Assembly (NCBI GenBank): GCA_963707215.1
Contig: CAVPPB010000001.1
Location: 640,001-704,000, forward strand
Source: an uncultured Chloroflexia bacterium
Lineage (GTDB): Bacteria; Chloroflexota; Limnocylindria; Limnocylindrales; CSP1-4
DNA length: 64,000 bases
Direction of reading: 5' to 3'
Shown one piece after another: positions 22,634 to 31,959 of the stretch. Both the position numbers and the translations under genes were made by a program. The notes beneath the pieces were generated by a model. It saw only the letters and a list, made by a program, of their open reading frames with translations, was not told the DNA's origin and ran no database searches. Position 1 is the first letter of the stretch. Each line of letters starts with the position of its first letter.

Positions 22634-23554
22634 TCAGGTCCGATCGGCGGCCGCGAGGTCGATCCGGGCGTCGATGAGCGGCAGCCCGGCCGCCTGCCAG
22701 TCCTCCACGAAGGCGGCCTGGGCCGCCCGGGTCGGTTCCCAGCGGGTCGGGAAGGCGACCAGCCGCGACAGGCCCAGCTCGCCGAGCCGGCCGAGGTAGT
22801 CGATCCGGGCCGGCCCGGCCTCGCGGACGGCGGCGTCCTTGCAGTAGAGCGAGATCTTGAGCGTGGCGGGGTCGCGGTCCTCCTCCTCGCAGCGGATCCG
22901 GGCGTTCTCCAGGTGCTCGGGGATCTCCTCTGGGTCGAGGAAGACGAGGTTGAGCTCGTCGGCGAAGCGGGCGGCGAAGCGGGCCGTCCGGCGCTTGCCG
23001 TTGCCGCCGACGATGATCGGGATCCGCGGTTCCTGGAGGCCCTTCGGCTCGTTGATGGCGCCCCGGACGCTCGCGTGCGGCCCGGCGTAGGTCGCCCGAC
23101 CGGGGAGGAGCATCCGGGTGATGACCTCGAGATGGTCGCCCAGCGCGTCGAGCCGGTCGCCCAGCGGCGGGAACCCGTAGCCGTAGGCCCGCCACTCGTC
23201 CTCCTTCCAGCCAGCCCCGATACCGAGCTCGAAGCGGCCGCCCGAGATGACGTCGATCGTCGAGCTCATCTTGGCGGTCAGGCCGGGGTTGCGGAACCCG
23301 GTGCAGACGACCATGTGGCCGAGCCGTGCGCGCAGGGTCACCATCGCGATCGCCGCCAGCATCGAGAACGACTCGAAGGTGATCTCGTCCTCAGGGACCG
23401 GCACCGTGTGGAAGTGGTCGAACACCCACAGCGACTCGACCCCGAGGGTGTCGGCATGCCCGGCAAGCTCCACCGACCGTGCCCACGCCTCGTCCGCGCG
23501 CCACCCGTCGTACTCGCCCTTCCAGCCCTGCGGGACCATCAGTCCCAGCTGCAT
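22634..23554 (-). CDS. LLM-class (probably F420-dependent) oxidoreductase
   Basis: PQGW, SLWVFDHF, RNPGLTAK, SGGRFELGIGAGW, IIVGGNG. Confidence 0.88.
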   Translation of the reverse strand: MQLGLMVPQGWKGEYDGWRADEAWARSVELAGHADTLGVESLWVFDHFHTVPVPEDEITFESFSMLAAIAMVTLRARLGHMVVCTGFRNPGLTAKMSSTIDVISGGRFELGIGAGWKEDEWRAYGYGFPPLGDRLDALGDHLEVITRMLLPGRATYAGPHASVRGAINEPKGLQEPRIPIIVGGNGKRRTARFAARFADELNLVFLDPEEIPEHLENARIRCEEEDRDPATLKISLYCKDAAVREAGPARIDYLGRLGELGLSRLVAFPTRWEPTRAAQAAFVEDWQAAGLPLIDARIDLAAADRT

Positions 23555-23573
23555 CCGCTGTCCTCCTTCCTCG

Positions 23574-24530
23574 CTAGCCACGCAGCAGCGCCTCGGCCAT
23601 GAGGTCGATGTGGTCGAGATCCCGGGGGATGAAATCCTGGAGCATCATCCGCTCGACCCCGACGGCCGCGAAGCGGTCGACAGCGGCTCTCGCCTCGTCC
23701 GGGGTCCCCGTGATCCAGCGCTGTCTCCGCTCGGTCCACCACGGCTCGAAATCGGCGTCAGAGCCGAGCTCGACCATCAGGTCGCGACCGCGCTCCCGTA
23801 GCTCGGCCTGATCACGACCGATGAGGACGCCCACCATCGCCGAGTGGACAAGGTCCTTCGGGGACCGGCCGACGGTTCGGCACGCCTCGTCGAGTCCGGC
23901 GTAGATGGCCGCGACGCGATCCGGACCGGCCGAGGTCGCGTTGAACTCATCGGCCCAGCGGGCCGCGATCCGGTACGACCGTTGGGTGCCCGAGCTGCCG
24001 ATGATGAGCGGCGGCCTGGGCCGTCCCGGCCTGGCGACCGGCTTGGGGTACGAGCGGGCGTCCTCGATCGTGACGTGACGACCCTGGAACGACCAGCCGT
24101 CGGGCTCCTGCCAGAGTCCGCGGATGACCTCCAGGGTCTCCTCGAGGTGGTCGGCGCGCTCCTGGATGGGTGGGAAGTCGAACCCGAACTGTCGGTGTTC
24201 GCCCTCATGCCAGCCGGCCCCGACACCGACCTCCACCCGCCCGTCGCTCATCTCGTCGACCGTCGTGGCGACCTTCACGAGGTTGCCGGGGGTGCGGAAG
24301 CCGACCGGCGAGACGAGGACGCCGAGGCCGATCGTCGAGGTCTCGCGTGCGAGCCCCGCCAGGACCGCCCAGGCGTCGGTCGTCGGCTTGCCCTCGGGCC
24401 CCGGGAACGACTGATAGTGGTCCGACCGGAAGAAGGTCTCGAACCCGGCGGTCTCTGCGCGCCGGGCGATAGCCAGCTGCTCCGCGTAGGTCAACCCCTG
24501 CTGGGGCTCGATCATGAGGGCGAATCGCAT
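23574..24530 (-). CDS. LLM-class F420-dependent oxidoreductase
   Basis: EPQQG, FFRSDHY, TDAWAVLAGLARET, GRVEVGVGAGW. Confidence 0.9.
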   Translation of the reverse strand: MRFALMIEPQQGLTYAEQLAIARRAETAGFETFFRSDHYQSFPGPEGKPTTDAWAVLAGLARETSTIGLGVLVSPVGFRTPGNLVKVATTVDEMSDGRVEVGVGAGWHEGEHRQFGFDFPPIQERADHLEETLEVIRGLWQEPDGWSFQGRHVTIEDARSYPKPVARPGRPRPPLIIGSSGTQRSYRIAARWADEFNATSAGPDRVAAIYAGLDEACRTVGRSPKDLVHSAMVGVLIGRDQAELRERGRDLMVELGSDADFEPWWTERRQRWITGTPDEARAAVDRFAAVGVERMMLQDFIPRDLDHIDLMAEALLRG

Positions 24531-24578
24531 GGTGGCCTCCGACGACCTGGGACCGAGCCGAGCCCGAGGTCCTTCGCC

Positions 24579-24626
24579 TTGACGACACGGTTCATGTCGA
24601 TAGAATAGTTCAGGTGCCCCGAAGTA
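24579..24626 (+). promoter_or_regulatory. marR promoter with probable operator
   Basis: TTGACG-16 nt-TAGAAT followed by imperfect palindrome TAGTTCAGG-TGC-CCCGAAGTA. Confidence 0.55.
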
Positions 24627-25198
24627 TGACCGCCGAACCGCCGGATCCCCTCCGACCGGACACGGCCGCGACGACCGTTTCGGTCGCCGACGACGACGCG
24701 ACGGCCGCGACGTCGGTCGACACCATCATCGCCGATGTCCAGTCGGCCATGTGCAGGATCCGGGCCGCCGGATCACGACGACTCCTGGAGCAGGGGGTCA
24801 GCATGGCCCACATGCACGTGCTCTGGCTCCTCGAGCACCAGGGGCCGCTGCCGATGAGTCGCATCGCCGAGGCGATCGACGTCTCCCTCTCCAACGCGAC
24901 CGGGCTCGTCGACCGGATGGAGGAGCGCGGCCTGGTCGAGCGGACCCGGGTACCGGAGGACCGCCGGGTCGTCATCGTCCAGCCGACCGAGCGAGGCCGC
25001 TCGGTCATGGACGAGCTGGAGCTCCTCCGCCGCAGCCACATGGAACGCATCCTCCGCCACCTCACCGCCGAACAGCTCGCGAGGGTGGGCGCCGCCCTCG
25101 ACGACATCCGGGCCGCCTACGCTGCCGAGCGCGCCGCTGCCGGGACCGAGCCGCCCGGGACCGAGATCTCCACCGAACGACCCACCGCGACCCCATGA
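24626..25198 (+). CDS. MarR family transcriptional regulator
   Basis: SNATGLVDRMEERGLVER, DRRVVIVQPTERG. Confidence 0.93.
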   Translation: MTAEPPDPLRPDTAATTVSVADDDATAATSVDTIIADVQSAMCRIRAAGSRRLLEQGVSMAHMHVLWLLEHQGPLPMSRIAEAIDVSLSNATGLVDRMEERGLVERTRVPEDRRVVIVQPTERGRSVMDELELLRRSHMERILRHLTAEQLARVGAALDDIRAAYAAERAAAGTEPPGTEISTERPTATP

Positions 25199-26940
25199 CA
25201 CGAAGGGACCCGTCGCTACGCATGGAATCCACGCCCACGATCACCGACGACCCGTCCGGCGCTCTTCCGTCGGTGCACATCGGCCGCCGCGAGCGGTTCG
25301 AGATCCTCGGCGCCATCCTCCTGGCGCTGCTGCTCGGCGCCCTCGACCAGACCATCGTCGGAGTCGCCCTGCCGCGGATCGTGGCCGACCTCTCCGGCAC
25401 CGAGCTCTACACCTGGACGGTCACGATCTACCTGCTGACCAGCACGATCAGCGTCCCCTTCTGGGGGAAGCTCTCCGACATGTACGGCCGCAAGCCGATG
25501 CTGATGGCCGGTATCACCATCTTCCTGATCGGCTCCGCCCTCTGCGGCCTGTCCCAGGAGATGTGGCAGCTGATCCTCTTCCGCGGCATCCAGGGTGTCG
25601 GCGCCGGGTCGCTCTTCCCGATCGCCCTGGCCGTCATCGGCGACCTGTTCACGCCCGCCGAGCGGGGCAAGTACCAGGGCATCTTCGCCGCGGTCTTCGG
25701 CTTCGCAGCGCTCATCGGCCCGGCGCTCGGCGGGTTCCTCACCGACACCATCAGCTGGCACGCGATCTTCTACATCAACATCCCGGTCGGCCTGTTCTCG
25801 CTGGCGGTCATCTGGCGGGTCATGCCCACGCTCCGTCGCGAGGGCGCCCGCCACAACCTGGACATCCTCGGTGCGATGGTCTTCACCGCCGCCGTGGCGC
25901 CCTTCCTGATCGGGCTGACGAACGCCCAGGACAACGACTGGGTCAGCCCGCAGGTCGGCGGGCTCATCGTCGCCGGGCTGGTCATCGCCGTCGTCTTCCT
26001 GTTCGTGGAGACCCGGGCCAAGGAGCCCATCATCCCGCTCGAGCTCTTCCGGGGACGGACGTACTCGGCATCGATCGCGGCGACGTTCTTCGCCTCGCTC
26101 GGCTTCTTCGCGGCGGTCGTCTTCCTGCCGCTCTACTTCCAGGTCGCGCTGGGCAAGAGCGCTACCGAGTCCGGGTACCTGACCTTCCCGCTCCTCATCG
26201 GGGTCATCGTCGGCTCGATCGGCTCCGGCCAGATCGTCGCCCGGACCGGGCGGTACAAGGCGTTGATGCTGGGATCGCTCGTGCTGGTGGCCGTGGGATC
26301 GTTCCTGATGACGAACCTCCGTGCCGACACCGACTACCTGGTCCTCTCGGCCTGGATGCTCGTCCTGGGTCTCGGCATCGGCCCGACGCTGGCGGTCTTC
26401 ACCATCGTCGTCCAGAACGCGGTCCCGATGGCCAAGCTCGGGGCGGCCAGCTCGTCGCTCACCTTCTTCCGCCAGATCGGCGGCTCGGTCGGCCTGGCCG
26501 TGGCCGGCTCGTTCTTCGGGGCCCGGATCGTGACCAACGTCACCGATGGGCTGGCCGCCTCGGGTGTCCCGCCTGAACTCGCCGGTCAGTTCGGCGGAGC
26601 CAGCTTCGACCGCGACGTGCTGAGCGCCGGCGTCGACCTCACGGCGGCGCTCACCCAGGCCGTCCAGGCCGCACCAATCCCCGATGCGATCAAGGAGCAG
26701 GCCCTGGCCTTCGTCCCGACCATCGTCGACACGATCTACGGGGCGATGTCGATCACCATCGGCGAGGTCTTCTGGCTCGGGGTCGGCGCCGCGGTCCTGG
26801 CCTTCGTCGCCTCGCTGTTCGTCGTCGAGATCCCGCTCCGGGCCACCTTCGGGCCGCGGCCGGCAGCTGCGGACGGTCCCGCCGCGGGGGCCGAGCCCGC
26901 GGGCGCCCTCCCGGTGCCGGTCGAGGTCGCGGAGCGATGA
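25195..26940 (+). CDS. DHA2 (EmrB/QacA) 14-TM MFS efflux transporter
   Basis: LDQTIVGVALP, GKLSDMYGRK, GPALGGFLTD, FRQIGG; ATGA overlap with marR. Confidence 0.93.
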   Translation: MTRRDPSLRMESTPTITDDPSGALPSVHIGRRERFEILGAILLALLLGALDQTIVGVALPRIVADLSGTELYTWTVTIYLLTSTISVPFWGKLSDMYGRKPMLMAGITIFLIGSALCGLSQEMWQLILFRGIQGVGAGSLFPIALAVIGDLFTPAERGKYQGIFAAVFGFAALIGPALGGFLTDTISWHAIFYINIPVGLFSLAVIWRVMPTLRREGARHNLDILGAMVFTAAVAPFLIGLTNAQDNDWVSPQVGGLIVAGLVIAVVFLFVETRAKEPIIPLELFRGRTYSASIAATFFASLGFFAAVVFLPLYFQVALGKSATESGYLTFPLLIGVIVGSIGSGQIVARTGRYKALMLGSLVLVAVGSFLMTNLRADTDYLVLSAWMLVLGLGIGPTLAVFTIVVQNAVPMAKLGAASSSLTFFRQIGGSVGLAVAGSFFGARIVTNVTDGLAASGVPPELAGQFGGASFDRDVLSAGVDLTAALTQAVQAAPIPDAIKEQALAFVPTIVDTIYGAMSITIGEVFWLGVGAAVLAFVASLFVVEIPLRATFGPRPAAADGPAAGAEPAGALPVPVEVAER

Positions 26941-27422
26941 CGGCCACCCGCCCATTCCCCTACCCGTCCCGACTCGAGGTCTCCGGCGTCGCGGATGCAT
27001 CCCATCGTCCCCTGCTGGCAGCCGAGGAGCTGCCCACGGGTGAGGCGCGGCGGATCGCGGTGGACGACCTCGACCTCCTTGTCGCCCACCTGCCCGAGGG
27101 GATCGTCGTGGTCGACGACCGCTGCCCGCACATGGCGGCTCCCCTCTCGATCGGTCGCCTGGAGGGATGCGTGATCTCCTGCCCCCTCCACGAGGGTCGT
27201 TTCGATCTCTGCTCGGGCGATCCGGTCCAGCTGCCGACCACCGGCGGGCTCGACCCGGACGGCCGGCCGTTCGCGCCATGGACGCCGACGGGCCGGGAGC
27301 CGAAGCCAGACCTGCCCGGGACGAAGGCCGAGGCCCGCCGGCTCACCCGAGTGCGCCGCTTCCGCTACTACCCGGTCCGGGTCGTCGACGGGGTCATCGA
27401 GGTGCGCATCCCCGGCGGCTAG
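26937..27422 (+). CDS. Rieske [2Fe-2S] ferredoxin
   Basis: CPH...CPLH ligands, FDLCSG, YPVRV. Confidence 0.88.
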   Translation: MTATRPFPYPSRLEVSGVADASHRPLLAAEELPTGEARRIAVDDLDLLVAHLPEGIVVVDDRCPHMAAPLSIGRLEGCVISCPLHEGRFDLCSGDPVQLPTTGGLDPDGRPFAPWTPTGREPKPDLPGTKAEARRLTRVRRFRYYPVRVVDGVIEVRIPGG

Positions 27423-27469
27423 GAGGATCCGGGCGCCGTTCCGGCGCGCCGCCGCGCGATCGGGACCCG

Positions 27470-28237
27470 TCAGCCGCCGTCGCCCGCCTCGCTCACCGTG
27501 CGGCGACCCCGGCGCCGTCGACGCCGGGTTGAGGCGGCGATGACGCGGACGACCTCCCCGGGGTCGTCGGTGATCGTCACCAGGTCCAGGTCCGAAGCCG
27601 AGATCGTCCCGCCCGGGACGAGCGCTTCGCGGGCCCAGTCGATCAGACCCGACCAGAAGGCCTCGCCCACGAGGACCACCGGGAAGTGCTCGATCTTGCC
27701 GGTCTGGATGAGCGTGAGCGACTCGAACAGCTCATCGAGCGTCCCGAAGCCTCCGGGCATGATGACGAACCCGTCGGCGTACTTCACGAACATCGTCTTG
27801 CGGGCGAAGAAGTAGCGGAACTCGATGGCCCGGTCGACGTACGGGTTGATCGCCTGCTCGTGTGGGACCTCGATGTTGCAGCCGATCGACAGCCCTCCGG
27901 CCTCCCGGCAACCACGATTGGCGGCCTCCATCAGCCCGGGTCCGCCACCGGTGATGACCGCGAAGCCGGCCTCGGCCAGGGCTCGCCCGATCGCCCGGGC
28001 GAGCTCGTAGCGCGGATCACCCTCGAGGACACGAGCCGAGCCGAAGACCGAGACGGCCGGCCCGATCCCGGCGAGGGCGTCGAAGCCGTCGACGAACTCC
28101 GAGAGGATCCGCAGCGCCCGCCAGGGGTCGCTGTCAAGGAAGGCCGGGCGGCCGGCCTCCCGCAGCAGCTTCTGGTCCTCGGTGGGGCGCCGCGCCGGCT
28201 TCCGCCGGGCGGCACGGTCGCGGGCCTGCTCGCTCAC
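27470..28237 (-). CDS. LOG family nucleotide monophosphate nucleosidase (TIGR00730)
   Basis: SVFGSAR, TGGGPGLMEAAN, FFARK, PGGFGTLDE. Confidence 0.93.
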   Translation of the reverse strand: MSEQARDRAARRKPARRPTEDQKLLREAGRPAFLDSDPWRALRILSEFVDGFDALAGIGPAVSVFGSARVLEGDPRYELARAIGRALAEAGFAVITGGGPGLMEAANRGCREAGGLSIGCNIEVPHEQAINPYVDRAIEFRYFFARKTMFVKYADGFVIMPGGFGTLDELFESLTLIQTGKIEHFPVVLVGEAFWSGLIDWAREALVPGGTISASDLDLVTITDDPGEVVRVIAASTRRRRRRGRRTVSEAGDGG

Positions 28238-28436
28238 GGAGCGAGGATGCCACATGGAGACGTCGCCGGCGTGCCGTGGGCCCGGGCGTGGCGGACCCGC
28301 CGGCGCCCTGGTGGGACGTCTCGCACCTGGTGCCCGTCGCGATCGTTGGGTGGACGGACAGCGGGCGGGGGCTGCCGTGCCCCCGAAACCGAGGCCCGGC
28401 GGTCCCAGCGCGGCCACCGGCCCGCGGCCGCCCCGA

Positions 28437-28814
28437 TCAGCCGCCCGGGCGCGCCAGCCAGGCCTTCCAGGTCGCCTCGTCGCGCCCGACGGTGACCTCG
28501 CGACCCCAGCGGACGAGGGGCAGCCGGAGGAGCCTCGGGTCCTCCAGCAGCCGCGCGGCGATCTCGGCGTCGTCGAGGCGGACGTAGCCGAGCCCGGCGT
28601 CCCGGTACGCTCGCCCAGCTTCGTCGAGGAGGGCGCGGGCGCCGAGCCGCTCGGTGAAGCGCCGGAGCTCCCCGGGGGCGATCGTCCGCCGTCGCAGGTC
28701 GACGAAGTGGACGGCGACCCGGCGTTCCTTGAAGAACCGCTGCGCTGCCCGGGTCGCCCGGTCGTCGTCCCGCCCGAAGACCTGGACATCCTGGGCGCCG
28801 CTCGGGCCGGTCAT
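28437..28814 (-). CDS. ArsC/Spx-like protein lacking cysteines
   Basis: VQVFG...AQRFFKER, GELRRF, PRLLRLPLVR. Confidence 0.8.
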   Translation of the reverse strand: MTGPSGAQDVQVFGRDDDRATRAAQRFFKERRVAVHFVDLRRRTIAPGELRRFTERLGARALLDEAGRAYRDAGLGYVRLDDAEIAARLLEDPRLLRLPLVRWGREVTVGRDEATWKAWLARPGG

Positions 28815-29317
28815 CGGGCAGCCGACTCGTCGTGGTCGCCCGGCTCCAGGACGACGAGGGGGACCGGTCGCCCGGCGCGACGTCGGTACAGGTCGTAGCC
28901 GGGATAGGCGTCCAGGATCCGGACCCAGAGCCGCTCGGTCTCGGCCGCGTCGGCGACACGGGCCCGGATCGGCCATCGATCGCCGCGATGGTGGACCTCG
29001 CCGGCGGGATCGACCCGCAGGTTGCCCCACCAGGCGGGCTCCGTCGGGCGGCCGCCATGCGTCGGAACGACCACCCAGGCTGGCGGGCGGGCATCAGCGC
29101 GGGCCGGGTCGCGGAAGGCGTACAGGGCGGCCTCCCGGCGACGTCCGGTGCGCCGACCGGTCGTGGCGAGGACGATCGTGTCGATGCCCAGCGACCGTCC
29201 CGCGATCCCTCGACCATCGACGCGACGGTAGACCGAGGCATGGAGCCGGCCGAAGGTGCGGTTGGCGAAGAGACGGCCGATCGCCGAGTAGGCGGTCGGC
29301 CCGAGGTCGCGGGCCAT
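28811..29317 (-). CDS. deazaflavin (F420)-dependent nitroreductase (Ddn-like)
   Basis: LATTGRRTGRRR, PAWWGNL, YPGYDLY, PVPLVVLEP. Confidence 0.85.
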   Translation of the reverse strand: MARDLGPTAYSAIGRLFANRTFGRLHASVYRRVDGRGIAGRSLGIDTIVLATTGRRTGRRREAALYAFRDPARADARPPAWVVVPTHGGRPTEPAWWGNLRVDPAGEVHHRGDRWPIRARVADAAETERLWVRILDAYPGYDLYRRRAGRPVPLVVLEPGDHDESAAR

Positions 29318-29448
29318 CGCCGAGAGGGTAGCGGCGTGGGCTCGCGGCCGCCGGGCGGCGCCGCAGGACGGCGACGAGGACGGAGCCCGGTGGCGAGGCC
29401 CCGGTCGCGACCCCGGTCGCCGCGCTACGATGGGGCGAGGAGGTCGAT

Positions 29449-29715
29449 GTGACGGTCTGGTTCACGGTCCAGCTCGACGACCGACCCGGGTCGCTGGCCA
29501 GGGTCGCCACAGCGCTCGCGGAGCGACGGGTCAACATCACGGGCATCGTCGGGGTGGCCGAGGATACCGACGGGGCGCTCATGCTCACGACCAGCGACGC
29601 GCCGACCACCAGGGAGGCCCTGGTCTCCCTCGGGGTGGCCTTCGAGGAGCACGACCCAGGGTCAGCCATCACGCCCGAGACGATGTCGGTCGCCGACATC
29701 CGCCGCGGTCGCTGA
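29449..29715 (+). CDS. stand-alone ACT domain protein
   Basis: [24 protein letters not shown]; SD GAGGAGG. Confidence 0.88.
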   Translation: MTVWFTVQLDDRPGSLARVATALAERRVNITGIVGVAEDTDGALMLTTSDAPTTREALVSLGVAFEEHDPGSAITPETMSVADIRRGR

Positions 29716-29725
29716 GGGACAGAGC

Positions 29726-30412
29726 GTGTCGAGGCGCAGCCGCATCAGCACCGTCGCCCTCCGGGTCATCCACCCGGATCATCCGGACGTCATCCCGGCC
29801 ATCGCCGACCGCCTTGGTCGAGCCGGGGCCCGGATCCGGACGCTGGCCACGATCCGCCGGGTCGCCGCCCAGGCGGATCGCCCCGCGGCGGTCGAGTCCG
29901 AGCTGGAGTTCGAGGACCTCGCCGAGGATGCGGCGATCGCCGCCCTCGCGGAGCTCGGCGACCTGGCCGAGATCGTGGCGACCGACCCGGCCCAACGGGT
30001 CTGGGGCAAGCGGATCATCGTCGTCGGCGGCGGGGCCCAGATCGCCCAGGTGGCCCTCGGCGCCGTCTCCGAAGCCGATCGCCACAACCTGCGCGGCGAG
30101 CGGATCTCCGTGGACACCATCCCTCTCGTCGGCGAGGAGGCCATCGCCGGAGCCGTGCGGGCCGTGGCCGACCTCCCCCGGGCCCGCCTGCTGGTCCTCG
30201 CCGGCTCACTCATGGGCGGCGACATCAGCGCAGCTGCCGACGAGCTCCGTGAGCACGACGTCCCGATCATCGCCCTGAACATGGCCGGCTCGATCAGCGA
30301 GCACGTCGACCTCGTCGTCTCCGATCCCGTCCAGGCGGGGACGATGGCGGTCATGGCAGTCGCCGACACGGCGGCCTTCGACCTCGACCGCCAGCGTGGC
30401 CGGCGCTACTGA
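29726..30412 (+). CDS. ACT-like + DUF5612 protein (AF1403/COG1707-type)
   Basis: [66 protein letters not shown]. Confidence 0.85.
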   Translation: MSRRSRISTVALRVIHPDHPDVIPAIADRLGRAGARIRTLATIRRVAAQADRPAAVESELEFEDLAEDAAIAALAELGDLAEIVATDPAQRVWGKRIIVVGGGAQIAQVALGAVSEADRHNLRGERISVDTIPLVGEEAIAGAVRAVADLPRARLLVLAGSLMGGDISAAADELREHDVPIIALNMAGSISEHVDLVVSDPVQAGTMAVMAVADTAAFDLDRQRGRRY

Positions 30413-30419
30413 GGACGCC

Positions 30420-31325
30420 ATGCGGATCGCCACCTGGAACGTCAACTCGCTCAAGGCGCGGCTGCCCAAGGTCGAGTGGTGGCTGGAGCGCTCGGCCCCT
30501 GACGTCCTCCTCCTGCAGGAGACCAAGCTCACCGACGGCGACGCCCCGCTGGTGCCCTTCCGGATGGCCGGCTATGAGCTGCTCCACCACGGCGAAGGTC
30601 GTTGGAACGGGGTGGCCATCGCCGTCCGGGCGGGTCTCGACATCGAGGGGGTCGTGGCCAACTTCGACGGCCGGCCGGTCCGTGACACCTCGACCGGGTC
30701 CACGACGCTGGCCGAGGAGGACTTCGACCCGTTCGACGAGGCCCGGATGCTGAGCGCGGTCGTCGACGGGGTCCGGGTCGCCTCGGTCTACGCGCCGAAC
30801 GGGCGCCAGGTCGGCTCGCCGTTCTACGAGGGCAAGCTGCGCTGGTTCTCCCGGCTGCGGGCCTGGCTCGTCGAGGCACGCGACCCGGGCGAACCCCTGG
30901 TCATCGGTGGGGACTTCAACGTCGCCCCGGCCGACGCCGACGTCTGGGACCCGGCCGCCGCCCACGGTGGGACCCACGTCTCCGAGGCCGAGCGGGATGC
31001 GTTCCACGGTCTGCTCGAGTGGGGGCTCGTGGACGTCTATCGCGCCCTCCACGACGAGCCCGGACGGTTCAGCTGGTGGGACTACCGGGCCGGCAACTTC
31101 CACAAGAACCTCGGCATGCGGATCGATCACCTGCTGGTCAGCGAGCCGGTCGCCGGGCGGGTCGTCTGGGTCGAGATCGACCGAGAGGCTCGCAAGGGCA
31201 AGGACCCGGTCCCGTCCGATCATGCCCCGGTCGTGCTGGATCTCGACGAGCCCGGCCGCCCGTTCGATGCCGGCTGGGCAGGGGCGATGGAGCGGATCGC
31301 CGCCCGGTCGCGGCAGGCCGGCTGA
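30420..31325 (+). CDS. xth: exodeoxyribonuclease III
   Basis: ATWNVNS, LQETK, YAPNG, GDFN, SWWDYR, RIDH, SDHAP. Confidence 0.95.
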   Translation: MRIATWNVNSLKARLPKVEWWLERSAPDVLLLQETKLTDGDAPLVPFRMAGYELLHHGEGRWNGVAIAVRAGLDIEGVVANFDGRPVRDTSTGSTTLAEEDFDPFDEARMLSAVVDGVRVASVYAPNGRQVGSPFYEGKLRWFSRLRAWLVEARDPGEPLVIGGDFNVAPADADVWDPAAAHGGTHVSEAERDAFHGLLEWGLVDVYRALHDEPGRFSWWDYRAGNFHKNLGMRIDHLLVSEPVAGRVVWVEIDREARKGKDPVPSDHAPVVLDLDEPGRPFDAGWAGAMERIAARSRQAG

Positions 31326-31346
31326 CCGGCCCGCCGACCCGGCACC

Positions 31347-31373
31347 GGAACCACGCGGCTCGATCCGGCGTCT
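31347..31373 (+). promoter_or_regulatory. ECF-type promoter upstream of ECF sigma gene
   Basis: GGAACC-16 nt-CGTCT, ending 7 nt before GTG 31381. Confidence 0.5.
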
Positions 31374-31380
31374 GGGCCGG

Positions 31381-31959
31381 GTGCCGCCCCAGCTCGGACC
31401 CGTCGACTTCGCCCGCCTCGTGGAGGCCCACGAGCGGGCCGTGCTCGCCTACGCCCTGCGCCGCACGACCAGCCGGGCCGACGCCGAGGACGCGGCGGCG
31501 GAGACGTGGGCCATCGCCTGGCGCCGCCGCGATGCGTTGCCCGCCGACCCGCTCCCGTGGCTCTTCGCGACGGCGCGCCGGGTCCTGGCGAACCAGCATC
31601 GGGGCGGCCGACGTCGCCTCGCGCTCGTCGAGCGGATCTCGAGCCTCGTCCAGCGGGCGCCGTCGGAGATGATCGTCGGGGAGCCGCAGGGGCCCGTCGC
31701 ACTGGCCCTCGCCCGGCTCCGTCCCGACGATGCCGAGCTGCTCCGCCTGGTGGCCTGGGAGGGGCTCGAGCACGCGAGGATCGCAGCGACCCTCGGGATC
31801 AGCACGAACGCGGTGGCGATCCGGCTGCACCGCGCCCGGACCCGGTTCGCGGCGGCCTACGCCGCGATCGAGCACGAGGTGAAAGATGGCGGGGCCATCC
31901 GGACACATGGACCGGTGAAGGCCCAGCTCGCCACGAGAGCCGAGGAGCGCGTCGAATGA
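31381..31959 (+). CDS. ECF sigma factor
   Basis: DAEDAAAETW, PWLFATARR, LVAWEGL, RLHRAR. Start approximate. Confidence 0.9.
   Translation: MPPQLGPVDFARLVEAHERAVLAYALRRTTSRADAEDAAAETWAIAWRRRDALPADPLPWLFATARRVLANQHRGGRRRLALVERISSLVQRAPSEMIVGEPQGPVALALARLRPDDAELLRLVAWEGLEHARIAATLGISTNAVAIRLHRARTRFAAAYAAIEHEVKDGGAIRTHGPVKAQLATRAEERVE

Noticed and set aside
29447-29452. ATG-TGA start-stop overlapping the ACT gene GTG
   Set aside because: SD spacing favours the GTG; likely coincidental.
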